A DNA stretch of 53,293 nt, taken from Planctomycetota bacterium. GTDB taxonomy: Bacteria; Planctomycetota; Planctomycetia; Pirellulales; PLA5. Positions 45,745 to 53,293 of the stretch are shown here, piece by piece (the stretch's first letter is position 1; every line of letters starts with the position of its first letter). The notes below the pieces were generated by a model. That model did no database searches, was not told where the DNA came from, and saw only the letters and a program-made list of their open reading frames with translations. A program made the translations under genes and the position numbers. The stretch is from contig JAJDEG010000122.1 in the NCBI GenBank assembly GCA_029259895.1, positions 1-53,293 on the forward strand. Direction: 5' to 3'.

Positions 45745-46611
45745 ATGTACGTTTCCACGTATGAGCGTATCACTGCGCTAATTGTCGAACAACTCGAAAA
45801 GGGCGCACCGCCGTGGCGTCGCCCGTGGGGCGGCCAGTTCCAATGGCCGCGGAATCTCTCGACGCTAAAGCAGTATCGCGGCGTCAACGTCTTTCTCTTA
45901 TCGGCCCAAGGCTTCGCGTCGCCGTTCTGGCTGACGTACCGCCAAGCCCAGCAACTCGGCGGCCACGTCCGCAAAGGCGAACACGGCGCGCCGGTCGTGT
46001 TCTGGAAAGAATGGGAAACCGAAGATCGCGACACGGGCGCAGCAGCCAAAATCCCCGTCTTGCGGCACTACACAGTCTTCCACGTCAGCCAGATCGACGG
46101 CGTCGACCATCTTGTTCCGCCGGGCGAAGTCTTCGACAAGCCCCACACGCCGATCGAGCGCTGCCAGCAAGTCGTCCACGACATGCCGCGCCGCCCCACG
46201 ATCCGCCACGACTTTGACCGGGCATTCTATCGCCCATCGGATGACATGGTGGGGATGCCGAAGATCGGCGCATTCGACACAGCCGAAGGCTACCACGCCA
46301 CGCTGTTTCACGAACTAGGCCACGCTACCGGCCACAAAGACCGCTTGAATCGCGCCAGCATCGTGGAGGCGGTCCACTTCGGCAGCGAAAGCTACGGCAA
46401 AGAGGAACTGGTCGCCGAGATGACGGCGGCCTTTCTGTGCGGCCACACGGGCATCGACCCGGCCACGCTCGACAACAGCGCGGCCTACGTCGCCGGTTGG
46501 CTGAAGGCGATCCGCAAAGATGCCCGGCTCGTCGTCACCGCGGCATCGGCCGCCCAACGCGCCGCCGACTTCATCCTCGGTCAATCGTTCGGCCAGCCGG
46601 CCAGCCCGTAG
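45745..46611 (+). CDS. ardC: ArdC-like antirestriction protein (N-terminal ssDNA-binding domain plus C-terminal zincin metalloprotease)
   Basis: The start was chosen at MYVSTYE, with an AGAGG RBS. Motifs are [19 protein letters not shown] and the HExxH motif [11 protein letters not shown]. Confidence 0.8.
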   Translation: MYVSTYERITALIVEQLEKGAPPWRRPWGGQFQWPRNLSTLKQYRGVNVFLLSAQGFASPFWLTYRQAQQLGGHVRKGEHGAPVVFWKEWETEDRDTGAAAKIPVLRHYTVFHVSQIDGVDHLVPPGEVFDKPHTPIERCQQVVHDMPRRPTIRHDFDRAFYRPSDDMVGMPKIGAFDTAEGYHATLFHELGHATGHKDRLNRASIVEAVHFGSESYGKEELVAEMTAAFLCGHTGIDPATLDNSAAYVAGWLKAIRKDARLVVTAASAAQRAADFILGQSFGQPASP

Positions 46612-46622
46612 CCCATCGCCAC

Positions 46623-46664
46623 GCCCGCGCCGTCGGTCCACGCGATCGGCGGCCGGGCGCTTTT
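46623..46664 (+). terminator. candidate intrinsic terminator after the ArdC-like gene
   Basis: An imperfect GC-rich hairpin (GCCCG...CGGGC outer stem, CCG/CGG inner stem) is followed by GCTTTTCAATT. It begins 12 nt after the stop codon. Confidence 0.4.
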
Positions 46665-46696
46665 CAATTCACGACAACCTGCCAGGAACCAACGAT

Positions 46697-47350
46697 ATGC
46701 AACTCCACGAACAATACCGCCCCACGACATGGTCCGACGTCGTCGGCCAAGACAAGATCATCGCCAAGATTCGCGGACTAGCCAAGCGAGGATTGACCGG
46801 CCGAGCGTTCTGGTTGTCCGGCCAAAGCGGCACGGGAAAGACGACCCTCGCCCGGTTGATCGCCGCCGAAGTCGCCGACGAGTTTTGCATCGACGAGGTG
46901 GACGCAGGCGACCTGACGCTAGACCGGCTCCGCGACATCGAGCGATCCCAATGGATTCGCGGCATGGGCCAGCGCGGCGGACGCGCCTACGTCATCAACG
47001 AAGCCCACGGCCTGCGTGCGCCGGTCGTCCGCAAGCTGCTGACAATCTTCGAGCCGATCCCGCCGCACGTCGCGTGGTGCTTTACCACGACCATCGAAGG
47101 CCAGGACAAGCTATTCGACGACTTGGACGACGCCTGCCCGTTGCTATCACGCTGCATCCGGCTCGACCTGGCGCGCCGGGACTTGGCCACCGCCTTCGCC
47201 CACCGCGCTCAGCAGATCGCCCAGGCGGAAGGCTTGGACGGCCAGCCGATCGAGCGCTACGTCAACTTGGCAAAGCGGCACCGCAACAACTTGCGTGCCA
47301 TGCTCCAAACCATCGAAGCCGGCGACATGCTCGGCGAACCGCCCAGCTAG
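46697..47350 (+). CDS. AAA+ ATPase, clamp-loader (DNA polymerase III gamma/tau / RFC)-like
   Basis: The start was chosen at [21 protein letters not shown], a typical clamp-loader N-terminus. Walker A is [15 protein letters not shown] and Walker B is [10 protein letters not shown]. Confidence 0.75.
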   Translation: MQLHEQYRPTTWSDVVGQDKIIAKIRGLAKRGLTGRAFWLSGQSGTGKTTLARLIAAEVADEFCIDEVDAGDLTLDRLRDIERSQWIRGMGQRGGRAYVINEAHGLRAPVVRKLLTIFEPIPPHVAWCFTTTIEGQDKLFDDLDDACPLLSRCIRLDLARRDLATAFAHRAQQIAQAEGLDGQPIERYVNLAKRHRNNLRAMLQTIEAGDMLGEPPS

Positions 47351-47365
47351 TAGCCGAAGTCCGTC

Positions 47366-47405
47366 GCCCGTTCGGCCCACAAAGCCGGCCGGGCGCTATT
47401 TCATT
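47366..47405 (+). terminator. candidate intrinsic terminator after the AAA+ gene; near-identical 3' half to the one at 46623..46664
   Basis: The hairpin is GCCCG-TTCGGC-loop-GCCGGC-CGGGC followed by GCTATTTCATT. It shares GGCCGGGCGCT(T/A)TTTCA(A)TTC with 46651-46670. Confidence 0.4.
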
Positions 47406-47449
47406 CCCCTTTTCCGAATCTCTATCCCCGAACCACAAAGAGTCCCTCC

Positions 47450-47815
47450 ATGCCCGCCCATCGTTCGATCGCTGCCCTGCTCCGCTACGAAGTCGCCCAC
47501 GCCGACCTAAACCTCAACGCCGTGGCCAAAGAAACCGGCGTCTTGCAACCGCCGTTGTGGCGCTTCGTCAACGAAGAAACCGATCCGCCCTTGGCCACGG
47601 CCGAGCGCTTGCTCAGATACTTCGGCTACGTCGTGGTGAAGGAAACCGACGCCAAGGCGGCCGGCATCGCCTGCGTCCGCCCCACGGCCAACCCCAAAAC
47701 CCGCCGCGTCGAACAGCGCGAGCGCTACGCCGCCGAGCGTGAGAAGGCGACCAAGACGAGGCGGACGGTCCGCCGCGCCAAGCCTGCCACGAAACGCCCC
47801 AAGCCCAAGCGATAA
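47450..47815 (+). CDS. small DNA-binding (HTH-like) protein with a basic C-terminal tail
   Basis: The HTH-like segment is LNAVAKETGVLQPPLWRFVNEE. The tail is KATKTRRTVRRAKPATKRPKPKR. Confidence 0.5.
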   Translation: MPAHRSIAALLRYEVAHADLNLNAVAKETGVLQPPLWRFVNEETDPPLATAERLLRYFGYVVVKETDAKAAGIACVRPTANPKTRRVEQRERYAAEREKATKTRRTVRRAKPATKRPKPKR

Positions 47816-47832
47816 CCACCGATGCGACGCCG

Positions 47833-47917
47833 CCAAAGTGTAAAGTTTCATCCTCACCGAAAAACGGCCATCCGGCGCGTTGCAAACAAACGACTTGCGC
47901 CGACGCGAAAGTGTAAG
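47833..47917. repeat. two direct copies of CGACGC(N0-3)(C/G)AAAGTGTAA(A)G about 70 bp apart, upstream of the serine recombinase gene
   Basis: Read directly from the sequence: gcgacgccgccAAAGTGTAAAG (47825-47845) and gccgacgcgAAAGTGTAAG (47899-47917). Confidence 0.5.
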
Positions 47918-48114
47918 TCACGGTCTGTAGATCATTTTTTACAGCCGCCGCCCAAATCGCGTAGCGGGCCTGCCTGGATCGGGCTACGCGCACCCCAAAT
48001 GACGACATTCAGCGTCGCTGCCAAGGCATCGCCCGCGGCGATCCAAAGCCCAACCGCGGGCCAGCCAGGAACGGCCGGGCCACCATCCACCATCCTCACG
48101 GAGTGCAGCCAGCA

Positions 48115-48723
48115 ATGTCCCGTCACATCGCGATCTACGTCCGCGTCTCGACCAAGCGCCAGGACACCCGCAGTCAAGAGCCCGACCTGAAGCGTTGGGC
48201 CGAAGCCTTTGACGAGGCGGATTCGGCGGTGTGGTATCGCGACAAGGCGACCGGCAAGACAATGGACCGCCCCGGCTGGCGCAAGTTAGAAGCGGCAATC
48301 AACGCCAGCAAGGTGAGCAAACTCGTCTGCTGGCGCCTCGATCGCCTTGGGAGGACAGCCAGCGGCCTTACGGCACTATTCGACGACCTTCGCGCAAAGA
48401 AGGTCAACCTCGTCTCGGTCCGCGACGGCCTCGACCTAGAAACGCCCGCCGGCCGACTGATGGCCAACGTGCTCGCCAGCGTAGCCGCCTACGAAAACGA
48501 AGTCCGCAGCGAACGAATCGTCGCCGGCCAAGCCGCTGCCCGCGCCAACGGCAAACGTTGGGGCGGCAGCCGCAAAGGCGAGCGCAAAACCGTGACGCCA
48601 GAATTGGCCGCCGTCATCCAGGGGCTACGTGACGACGGCACGTCCATCGTCAAGATCGCCCGAGCAGTCAGGCTTTCGCGGCCGACGGTCTACAGCGTTT
48701 TGGCGACAGGCACGGATGGCTAG
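48115..48723 (+). CDS. serine recombinase (resolvase/invertase family) with a C-terminal HTH
   Basis: The catalytic Ser context is IAIYVRVSTKRQD. Further motifs are LVCWRLDRLGR and the HTH IARAVRLSRPTVYSVL. The start was chosen at MSRHIAIY. Confidence 0.85.
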   Translation: MSRHIAIYVRVSTKRQDTRSQEPDLKRWAEAFDEADSAVWYRDKATGKTMDRPGWRKLEAAINASKVSKLVCWRLDRLGRTASGLTALFDDLRAKKVNLVSVRDGLDLETPAGRLMANVLASVAAYENEVRSERIVAGQAAARANGKRWGGSRKGERKTVTPELAAVIQGLRDDGTSIVKIARAVRLSRPTVYSVLATGTDG

Positions 48724-49023
48724 GCCTTGGGCGTGCCTGGTCGCGTCTGGCGACCGCCCGAACGCGACTTCGACGGGCTACCGTCAAAGCCCGTCGTATC
48801 TTGAGCTGCAGCCGTATTGCATTTCCGGGAGCGTCGCATTGGCCCTGCTTTCGACCGCGCGCCCGTCAATCTGGGAAAGATTGGCCGTCGATCACGGCAA
48901 GATGGTGCATGCATCCAACAGGGTTCCGGCGATTTTCCTCGCTTTAGTTGTCGCCGCATCGGGCAGTTGGCAATCAACAAATAGAGGCAGAAGCAACCGC
49001 CTGCTTTTTTATCGGAGGCAGCC

Positions 49024-49683
49024 ATGGCCGCCACGACTCAACCACGCATCGGTAGACCCGTTCTCGCCGGCGGCGTAGCCAACGCCACTTGGTCTCCATC
49101 GGTCTCCGTTTTCGATGCCATTCGTACCGTCGGCAACTGGCTCCGGTGTTGCGCGGCCAATGCAGTCGGCGTTTTTCGCCGTGACGGGCGCGAGTCATGC
49201 CGCCATGACGCGGGCGCTACGCGACTTGCTCGACATCACGTTGGTCACGTCCGTCGGCATTCGCCATCGTCTGAGCCCGTGCGATTGGGCTGCCGCCCGT
49301 CCCGTACTTTTGGGCGTGTGGACGCGTTGGGGTCGCCGCCGCTTTCGCCGCGGGAGTTCGACGACGTTCGCAAGAAATGGCTGGGCGATAGCGGGCATCC
49401 TGGCGAGCAGCCTACTGACGAAGTGGCAATCCACCCTGACCTGAAGACCTGGACGATCGGTCAGATTGCGGACCAAGGATACGGTCTCTGCATTTCCCTC
49501 TGCGGACAGCAGGCGGCCGAGGAGTTCTTTGCCAAGTTGTCGCGGTTCATGGACGAGGCCAAGCGAGCCGACCTGCCGAACACGGCCGAATACTGGTGGC
49601 ATCGCCTGACGGCCCGCGAACAAACGACCGTCCTCGTCGCCTACCAAGTTGCCTGCAATCTTGACCGCTGGCCGTCGGAGTAG
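49024..49683 (+). CDS. hypothetical protein (the middle third is poorly protein-like; possible frame problem)
   Basis: A GGAGG RBS lies 5 nt upstream of the ATG. The last ~115 aa are clearly coding-like (PREFDDVRKKWLGD...AEYWWHRLTAREQTTVLVAYQVACNL). In 49150-49340 an alternative frame looks equally or more protein-like. Confidence 0.45.
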   Translation: MAATTQPRIGRPVLAGGVANATWSPSVSVFDAIRTVGNWLRCCAANAVGVFRRDGRESCRHDAGATRLARHHVGHVRRHSPSSEPVRLGCRPSRTFGRVDALGSPPLSPREFDDVRKKWLGDSGHPGEQPTDEVAIHPDLKTWTIGQIADQGYGLCISLCGQQAAEEFFAKLSRFMDEAKRADLPNTAEYWWHRLTAREQTTVLVAYQVACNLDRWPSE

Positions 49684-49773
49684 CATTTCATCGGGGCATC
49701 GCTGATACGGTGTACGGATGCGTTCACACGGAACAAGACATCGGATCGTGCGACAGATGGTAGGACAATTTCC

Positions 49774-50436
49774 ATGATACGCCTCGTGCTCTTCACGCTC
49801 ATGCATGCGGTCCAAGTCTCGACTGTTGACGTGACGCCGATGGCAGCGAACACGGCGGCAAGTGAGCAGGTACACGAATTGATCGATCAACTGGGTGGCC
49901 CGGACTACCACGCCCGCGAGGATGCATCTCGGAAACTCTTGCAGGCCGGCTCCCGAGCCCTCGTGTCGTTGAAAACCGCAGCCCACGATACTGATCCAGA
50001 ACGCGCATGGCGAGCACGCCGTATTCTCGCGGTCATCGCGAACGCTGCCGAGTACCGCGAACTTCAAGGGACATGGACATACACTTCCGTAATAAATTTC
50101 GGCAAGGAAGAACCGAAAGCGGCTGGGGCATTGCTTGAACTGAAGGATCGATCGATGACGATCCGCCGCCGCGATGGCTCGGTCACGCCCGGGGCGAGTA
50201 TGTTTACGATCGATGGCGAGGCAACACCGAAACACTTCAATATTATCGCTGGCAGGACGATCACGAAGGGCATCTATCGCCTCGCCGGCGACACGCTAAC
50301 GCTCTGTTATCCCACCGACACGAGCGGACCCCGTCCGACAGATTTCGAGACGAAAGTAGGTGACCGTCGACGCCTTCACGTCCTCACGCGCAAGCCGGCC
50401 GCGGACTCGAAAGGCGTGGAACGCACACCTGAATAG
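49774..50436 (+). CDS. TIGR03067-type (Planctomycetes-typical) domain protein
   Basis: Motifs LQGTWTYTSVINFGKEEP, ATPKHFNII, KGIYRLAGDTLTLCY and RPTDFET. Confidence 0.75.
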   Translation: MIRLVLFTLMHAVQVSTVDVTPMAANTAASEQVHELIDQLGGPDYHAREDASRKLLQAGSRALVSLKTAAHDTDPERAWRARRILAVIANAAEYRELQGTWTYTSVINFGKEEPKAAGALLELKDRSMTIRRRDGSVTPGASMFTIDGEATPKHFNIIAGRTITKGIYRLAGDTLTLCYPTDTSGPRPTDFETKVGDRRRLHVLTRKPAADSKGVERTPE

Positions 50437-50787
50437 AACAAGACGACGAATCGGGCGGGGGCACCAAGTAGTAGCCTGTACGATTTAAGTGGCGCGACCA
50501 CCGCGCGCCGATCGAATCCGCATTAGTTTCTGCCTCAACGCTGAAGACGACGCGATCAACCGCTCGACATGCACACCGTGAATTAGGCCGACGAAGGCAC
50601 GGCCTCAGTAGCCGTATTGCGGTCTCGAATCCCAAAAGGGCCGGCAAATGGCCCATGGAAGCGGGGAATTGCCGTAACCTTCGGATCCGGAAGCACTTCC
50701 GCCGCCGCACCAGCCGAATGCGTTTAGCTCCCCCTGCGCCCCGGCCCACGACGGATGCACCTTATAACCACCCGCTCCAAATTGCCG

Positions 50788-51342
50788 TCAAAACCCCAAA
50801 GCCTCGCGAACCACCTCACGCTGAACAGGATCGCGTTCGCAAATGTTCCCCAACACTCGCAGCAAATCCCTCAGCGCCGCCGTCTGGAGCTCTTCGTCGG
50901 TCGCGCGATTGAGAAAATCGCGTCGGCGCTGCTCTTCGATCGGCGCCATGACGATCAGGATGTCAATGATGCACCGCATGTGCTTCAGAGCGAGGCTGTG
51001 ATTGTCCAGCGCTTCTGCCGCTTTGATGTGCCCGTGCCAGATTTCGACGAGCCGCGCCATTCCGCCGAATTCTCGGACCATGGCATTGATCACGGCGGCC
51101 ACGCGGTTGAACCCGCGGTCGCGAGCACGGTGAATCTCACTGGCGAACCGATCGAGCCGCTTTCCAACTTGTTTTGCTTTCCGCTGACGTTGATACGCGG
51201 CGTTGCAGTCGCGGCAGATCGAGTGCCGCCGCCTGGCAGCGACATCTCGGAAGCGAAAATGCTCGATGGACCGGACCACGCCACACTCGCAGCAACGACG
51301 AAGCGGCATTTCGCAAGTGTCGGAAATTTCGGCGGTTTTCAT
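50788..51342 (-). CDS. hypothetical protein with an N-terminal Cys4 zinc-ribbon-like motif
   Basis: The motif is CCECGVVRSIEHFRF...RRHSICRDCNAAY. The start is separated by one nt from the stop of the upstream small ORF (tggaaaTGAtATG). Confidence 0.6.
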   Translation of the reverse strand: MKTAEISDTCEMPLRRCCECGVVRSIEHFRFRDVAARRRHSICRDCNAAYQRQRKAKQVGKRLDRFASEIHRARDRGFNRVAAVINAMVREFGGMARLVEIWHGHIKAAEALDNHSLALKHMRCIIDILIVMAPIEEQRRRDFLNRATDEELQTAALRDLLRVLGNICERDPVQREVVREALGF

Positions 51343-51343
51343 A

Positions 51344-51535
51344 TCATTTCCATTCGAGGAAGTAAGGACTTTGCCTCGTCAAAAGCTGCTTCATTCTTCG
51401 CGTAAGCCGGCCATAGGGCACCTCATAGTTTGAAACGCCGACTTTGGTTGCCGTGTCGGAAATGTCGGATTTGTCGGGCGATTTCACAACCGACAGGAAC
51501 GCCGTCAGGAGTTGATGGCGTGCATTCACCCGCAA
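51344..51535 (-). CDS. small hypothetical protein, possibly HTH-containing (non-ATG start)
   Basis: It has a TTG or GTG start. The segment DISDTATKVGVSNYEVPYGRLTRRMKQLL is HTH-like. It is translationally coupled to 50788..51342. Confidence 0.35.
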   Translation of the reverse strand: MRVNARHQLLTAFLSVVKSPDKSDISDTATKVGVSNYEVPYGRLTRRMKQLLTRQSPYFLEWK

Positions 51536-51794
51536 GCGTTGACGGCAAGGATCGGGTCCAACGAGAGGAGGCCAACAACCTTCCGTCGGTTAGCGAGAAC
51601 TGCCGTTGCCAGGATCGGAACCAACGGAACTTGCCGTTATTGCGAACGCCCGTTTGATGGCAAGCGGCAGCGTGGCCCAGTGCTGTAGTACGGTGGTCAA
51701 CTCTGGGTCCGATGCGGCTGATTTCAGGACAAGTGCGCTCCAATGTGCGCCCACGCCTGTAGAAACAGCGATTTTCTCGGCGTTTTTTGAGATC

Positions 51795-51844
51795 GTCCCC
51801 GGGTTCTCAGCCCGGGAACAGGGGTTCGACTCCCCTAGGGGGTA
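51795..51844 (+). other. 3' fragment of a tRNA-Glu(CUC) gene (anticodon arm to discriminator); probable integration (att) core
   Basis: The anticodon arm is CCGGG-TTCTCAG-CCCGG and the T arm is AGGGG-TTCGACT-CCCCT. The 3' acceptor strand is AGGGGGT plus the discriminator A. This closely parallels the 3' end of E. coli tRNA-Glu (AACAGGGGTTCGAATCCCCTAGGGGACG). No complementary 5' acceptor strand (ACCCCCT) or D arm lies upstream. Confidence 0.7.
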
Positions 51845-53147
51845 CTGGTGTACGAAATGCACCTAAAGGCGAAGTGCCGCTCTCTGTCGCATTAACTGGC
51901 ATTTCGGCCGAGTTTTCCCGGCGTTTTTCGCCGGTTCTACCCTGCACGTACGAGTCACCGCGATTCTCGGCGTGTCCCCGCTGCGCCGGATTCTGCGCCG
52001 CCAGTGCGCCGGATTCTGCGCCGCCTTGATCGACCGTCCGAAGCCGGGCCGCGTCGGCGAAGTGAGCGTCGGTAACTTGCAGATAATGCTTGTCGGCAAT
52101 CGGGGCGCTGTTGCCGATCCACTCACAGACAACATGTAACGGAAATCGGGCCGTCAGTTCGGTTTGTCGGCTCGCCCGCATGTTGTGGAACAGCCGTGGC
52201 CACGGCTTTAGGCCGGCCCGACCGATGATGCGGAGCAATTGCGTTCGCAGATTCGCCAACCTATCACGATACCGGGTGACGACGAACGTCGTTCCCGGCT
52301 CGGCTTCATCCCAAGCAGCTTCCAAGTAGGGACGCAATTCCGGGAACAGCGGAACGCCGCGAGATTCGCCGCCGGCGTGGTGTTCCGTTTTGGGGCTACG
52401 CACGGTCATCCGCCCACGTTCCCAATCAATATCGCCCCAAGTCAAACTCAAATGCTCCGACGGGCAACGTAACCCGCCAAAACGGCTTAGTGCCACGATC
52501 AACCGCCATTGAACATCGGGGCAGGCGTCAAGCACTTTCTCCGTCGCGTCGGCCGTAATGAAGAATTCCCGGCTGGCGTTGTCTTGGGCGGGGGCTTTCA
52601 CGTCGGCGAATGGGTTCTCGCCGATCAACCGCTTGCGAACGGCGGCTCGGAAAAACTGCCTCGCCCGTTTCACTTCCCGGCTAACTGTCGCGGCCGACAG
52701 CCGCTTGCGGAGCGCCTCCCGCCAATCGTCGGCGTCACCGCAACTTATATCGTCCAGCGGTCGGCCCTCGCCGAAGTAATCAATCAAGTGCTTGCGTGTG
52801 GCGTCGTAGTTCCGTTTCGTATTCGGTTTCAGGTTCGCCCGTCCCGCGACGTACTCTGCCAGGAACGGCCCCAGCGTCGTCTTGGGTTTCGACTCGCGGG
52901 AAACCACCAGTCCGACCGCCGCCAATTTCTCGTATAGGTCCGCTCCGATTTCGGCGAGCCACGCGGCAGTCTGCGGTCGGATCGGCTGGCCAGACCGTTT
53001 CGCCGTCACGAGCGCTTCGACGTGCCGCGCAATACTGTTGGCGTCGCGTTCGCTCATCTTGCCCAACCGAATCGCGGGCCGCTTCCCGTTTGGGTCGACA
53101 AACAGGATGCGCCGCCGTCCGCCGGGATCGTTCACAACGCTGGCCAT
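51807..53147 (-). CDS. int: tyrosine recombinase / phage-type integrase
   Basis: The R...HxxR...W...Y signature is SRFGGLRCPSEHL, LFHNMRASRQTEL, CEWIGNS and ADKHYLQ. The last ~12 codons (PPRGVEPLFPG) are antisense to the tRNA-Glu fragment. Confidence 0.85.
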   Translation of the reverse strand: MASVVNDPGGRRRILFVDPNGKRPAIRLGKMSERDANSIARHVEALVTAKRSGQPIRPQTAAWLAEIGADLYEKLAAVGLVVSRESKPKTTLGPFLAEYVAGRANLKPNTKRNYDATRKHLIDYFGEGRPLDDISCGDADDWREALRKRLSAATVSREVKRARQFFRAAVRKRLIGENPFADVKAPAQDNASREFFITADATEKVLDACPDVQWRLIVALSRFGGLRCPSEHLSLTWGDIDWERGRMTVRSPKTEHHAGGESRGVPLFPELRPYLEAAWDEAEPGTTFVVTRYRDRLANLRTQLLRIIGRAGLKPWPRLFHNMRASRQTELTARFPLHVVCEWIGNSAPIADKHYLQVTDAHFADAARLRTVDQGGAESGALAAQNPAQRGHAENRGDSYVQGRTGEKRRENSAEMPVNATESGTSPLGAFRTPVPPRGVEPLFPG

Positions 53148-53293
53148 AGTTCACCCGGATTATTCAGTGCGCCGTGAAAGCTGTTGTGTTTCAGCGGGTG
53201 CAAGTCCCGCCCGGCAATTGGGTCGCTCCGGCCGGTAGCAATTGGAGCGGCGGTGGAGGTGACGAAGCCGCCGGAGCCTTCGATGGAAAGGAT
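53132..53293 (-). CDS. 3' end of an unidentified gene entering from the right edge (partial); overlaps the integrase start by 16 nt
   Basis: An open minus-strand frame runs from 53293 (…SIEGSGGFVTSTAAPIATGRSDPIAGRDLHPLKHNSFHGALNNPGELWPAL*). Third positions are GC-rich. No family was recognised. Confidence 0.3.
   Translation of the reverse strand: MLSIEGSGGFVTSTAAPIATGRSDPIAGRDLHPLKHNSFHGALNNPGELWPAL

Larger units (their letters stand above)
45100..53293. mobile_element. mobile-genetic-element-like block (integrative element or plasmid-derived); boundaries not resolved
   Basis: The block clusters an ArdC-like gene, a clamp-loader-like AAA+, HTH proteins, a serine recombinase, a tyrosine integrase and a tRNA-Glu 3' fragment. 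It also has low-GC junction regions at 45100-45740 and 50440-51800. Confidence 0.55.

Noticed and set aside
49195-50235. A 346-aa minus-strand ORF.
   Set aside because: It is antisense to the well-supported TIGR03067-type gene and to 49024..49683. Its composition is Arg-rich and it has no motifs.
51771-51846. A complete tRNA-Glu gene.
   Set aside because: The 5' acceptor strand (expected ACCCCCT) and the D arm are absent from the upstream sequence. Only the anticodon arm through the 3' end is present.
53195-53222. A T-arm-like hairpin, GCGGG-TGCAAGT-CCCGC, near the right edge.
   Set aside because: The loop has G where the invariant T54 should be, and no surrounding cloverleaf could be built. 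It lies inside a coding-like minus-strand frame.
1-53293. CRISPR arrays, rRNA genes, retron or reverse-transcriptase genes, and IS transposases.
   Set aside because: No regularly spaced direct repeats, rRNA-like segments, or RT or transposase motifs were seen while reading both strands. The divergent ORF at 1..77 is too short to call as a transposase.

Overview
High-GC bacterial window with Planctomycetota hallmarks: ECF sigma/Ser-Thr kinase pairs, a TIGR03067-type protein, a giant FG-GAP/VCBS protein, LExRxxL(S/T)-type N-termini and GAGGAG ribosome-binding sites. (1) 0-14 kb is a class 1 DISARM-like operon with drmA (DExH helicase), drmB (DUF1998), drmC (PLD) and drmD (SNF2). Its methyltransferase is present only as a 3' fragment. 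The operon carries two non-canonical, tightly spaced passengers: an OLD-family ATPase/Toprim nuclease between the methylase fragment and drmA, and an actin/Hsp70-fold (ASKHA) ATPase right after drmD. (2) 14-21 kb is an accessory patch: a LOG/TIGR00725 gene with an in-frame TAA, a small ORF with a strong RBS, an ECF sigma plus kinase-FGE pair, a Cys/His-rich protein and a GT8-like glycosyltransferase. (3) 21-34 kb (minus strand) reads ECF sigma, Ser/Thr kinase-TPR, a 2226-aa FG-GAP giant, a short coding region that switches frame, then an RNase Sa/barnase-family gene with an in-frame TGA just before the catalytic-His segment. (4) 34.7-45 kb holds two paralogous unknown proteins, each heading a cluster. 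One cluster is XRE plus a choice-of-anchor-I protein; the other is ADP-ribosylglycohydrolase, a trypsin-WD40 protease, a membrane protein and a TPR protein. (5) 45-53 kb is a mobile-element-like block: ArdC, a clamp-loader-like AAA+, an HTH protein, a serine recombinase, and a tyrosine integrase whose 3' end overlaps a 3' fragment of tRNA-Glu(CUC). No CRISPR array, rRNA or intact tRNA was seen. All family calls come from motif reading by eye, with no database search.
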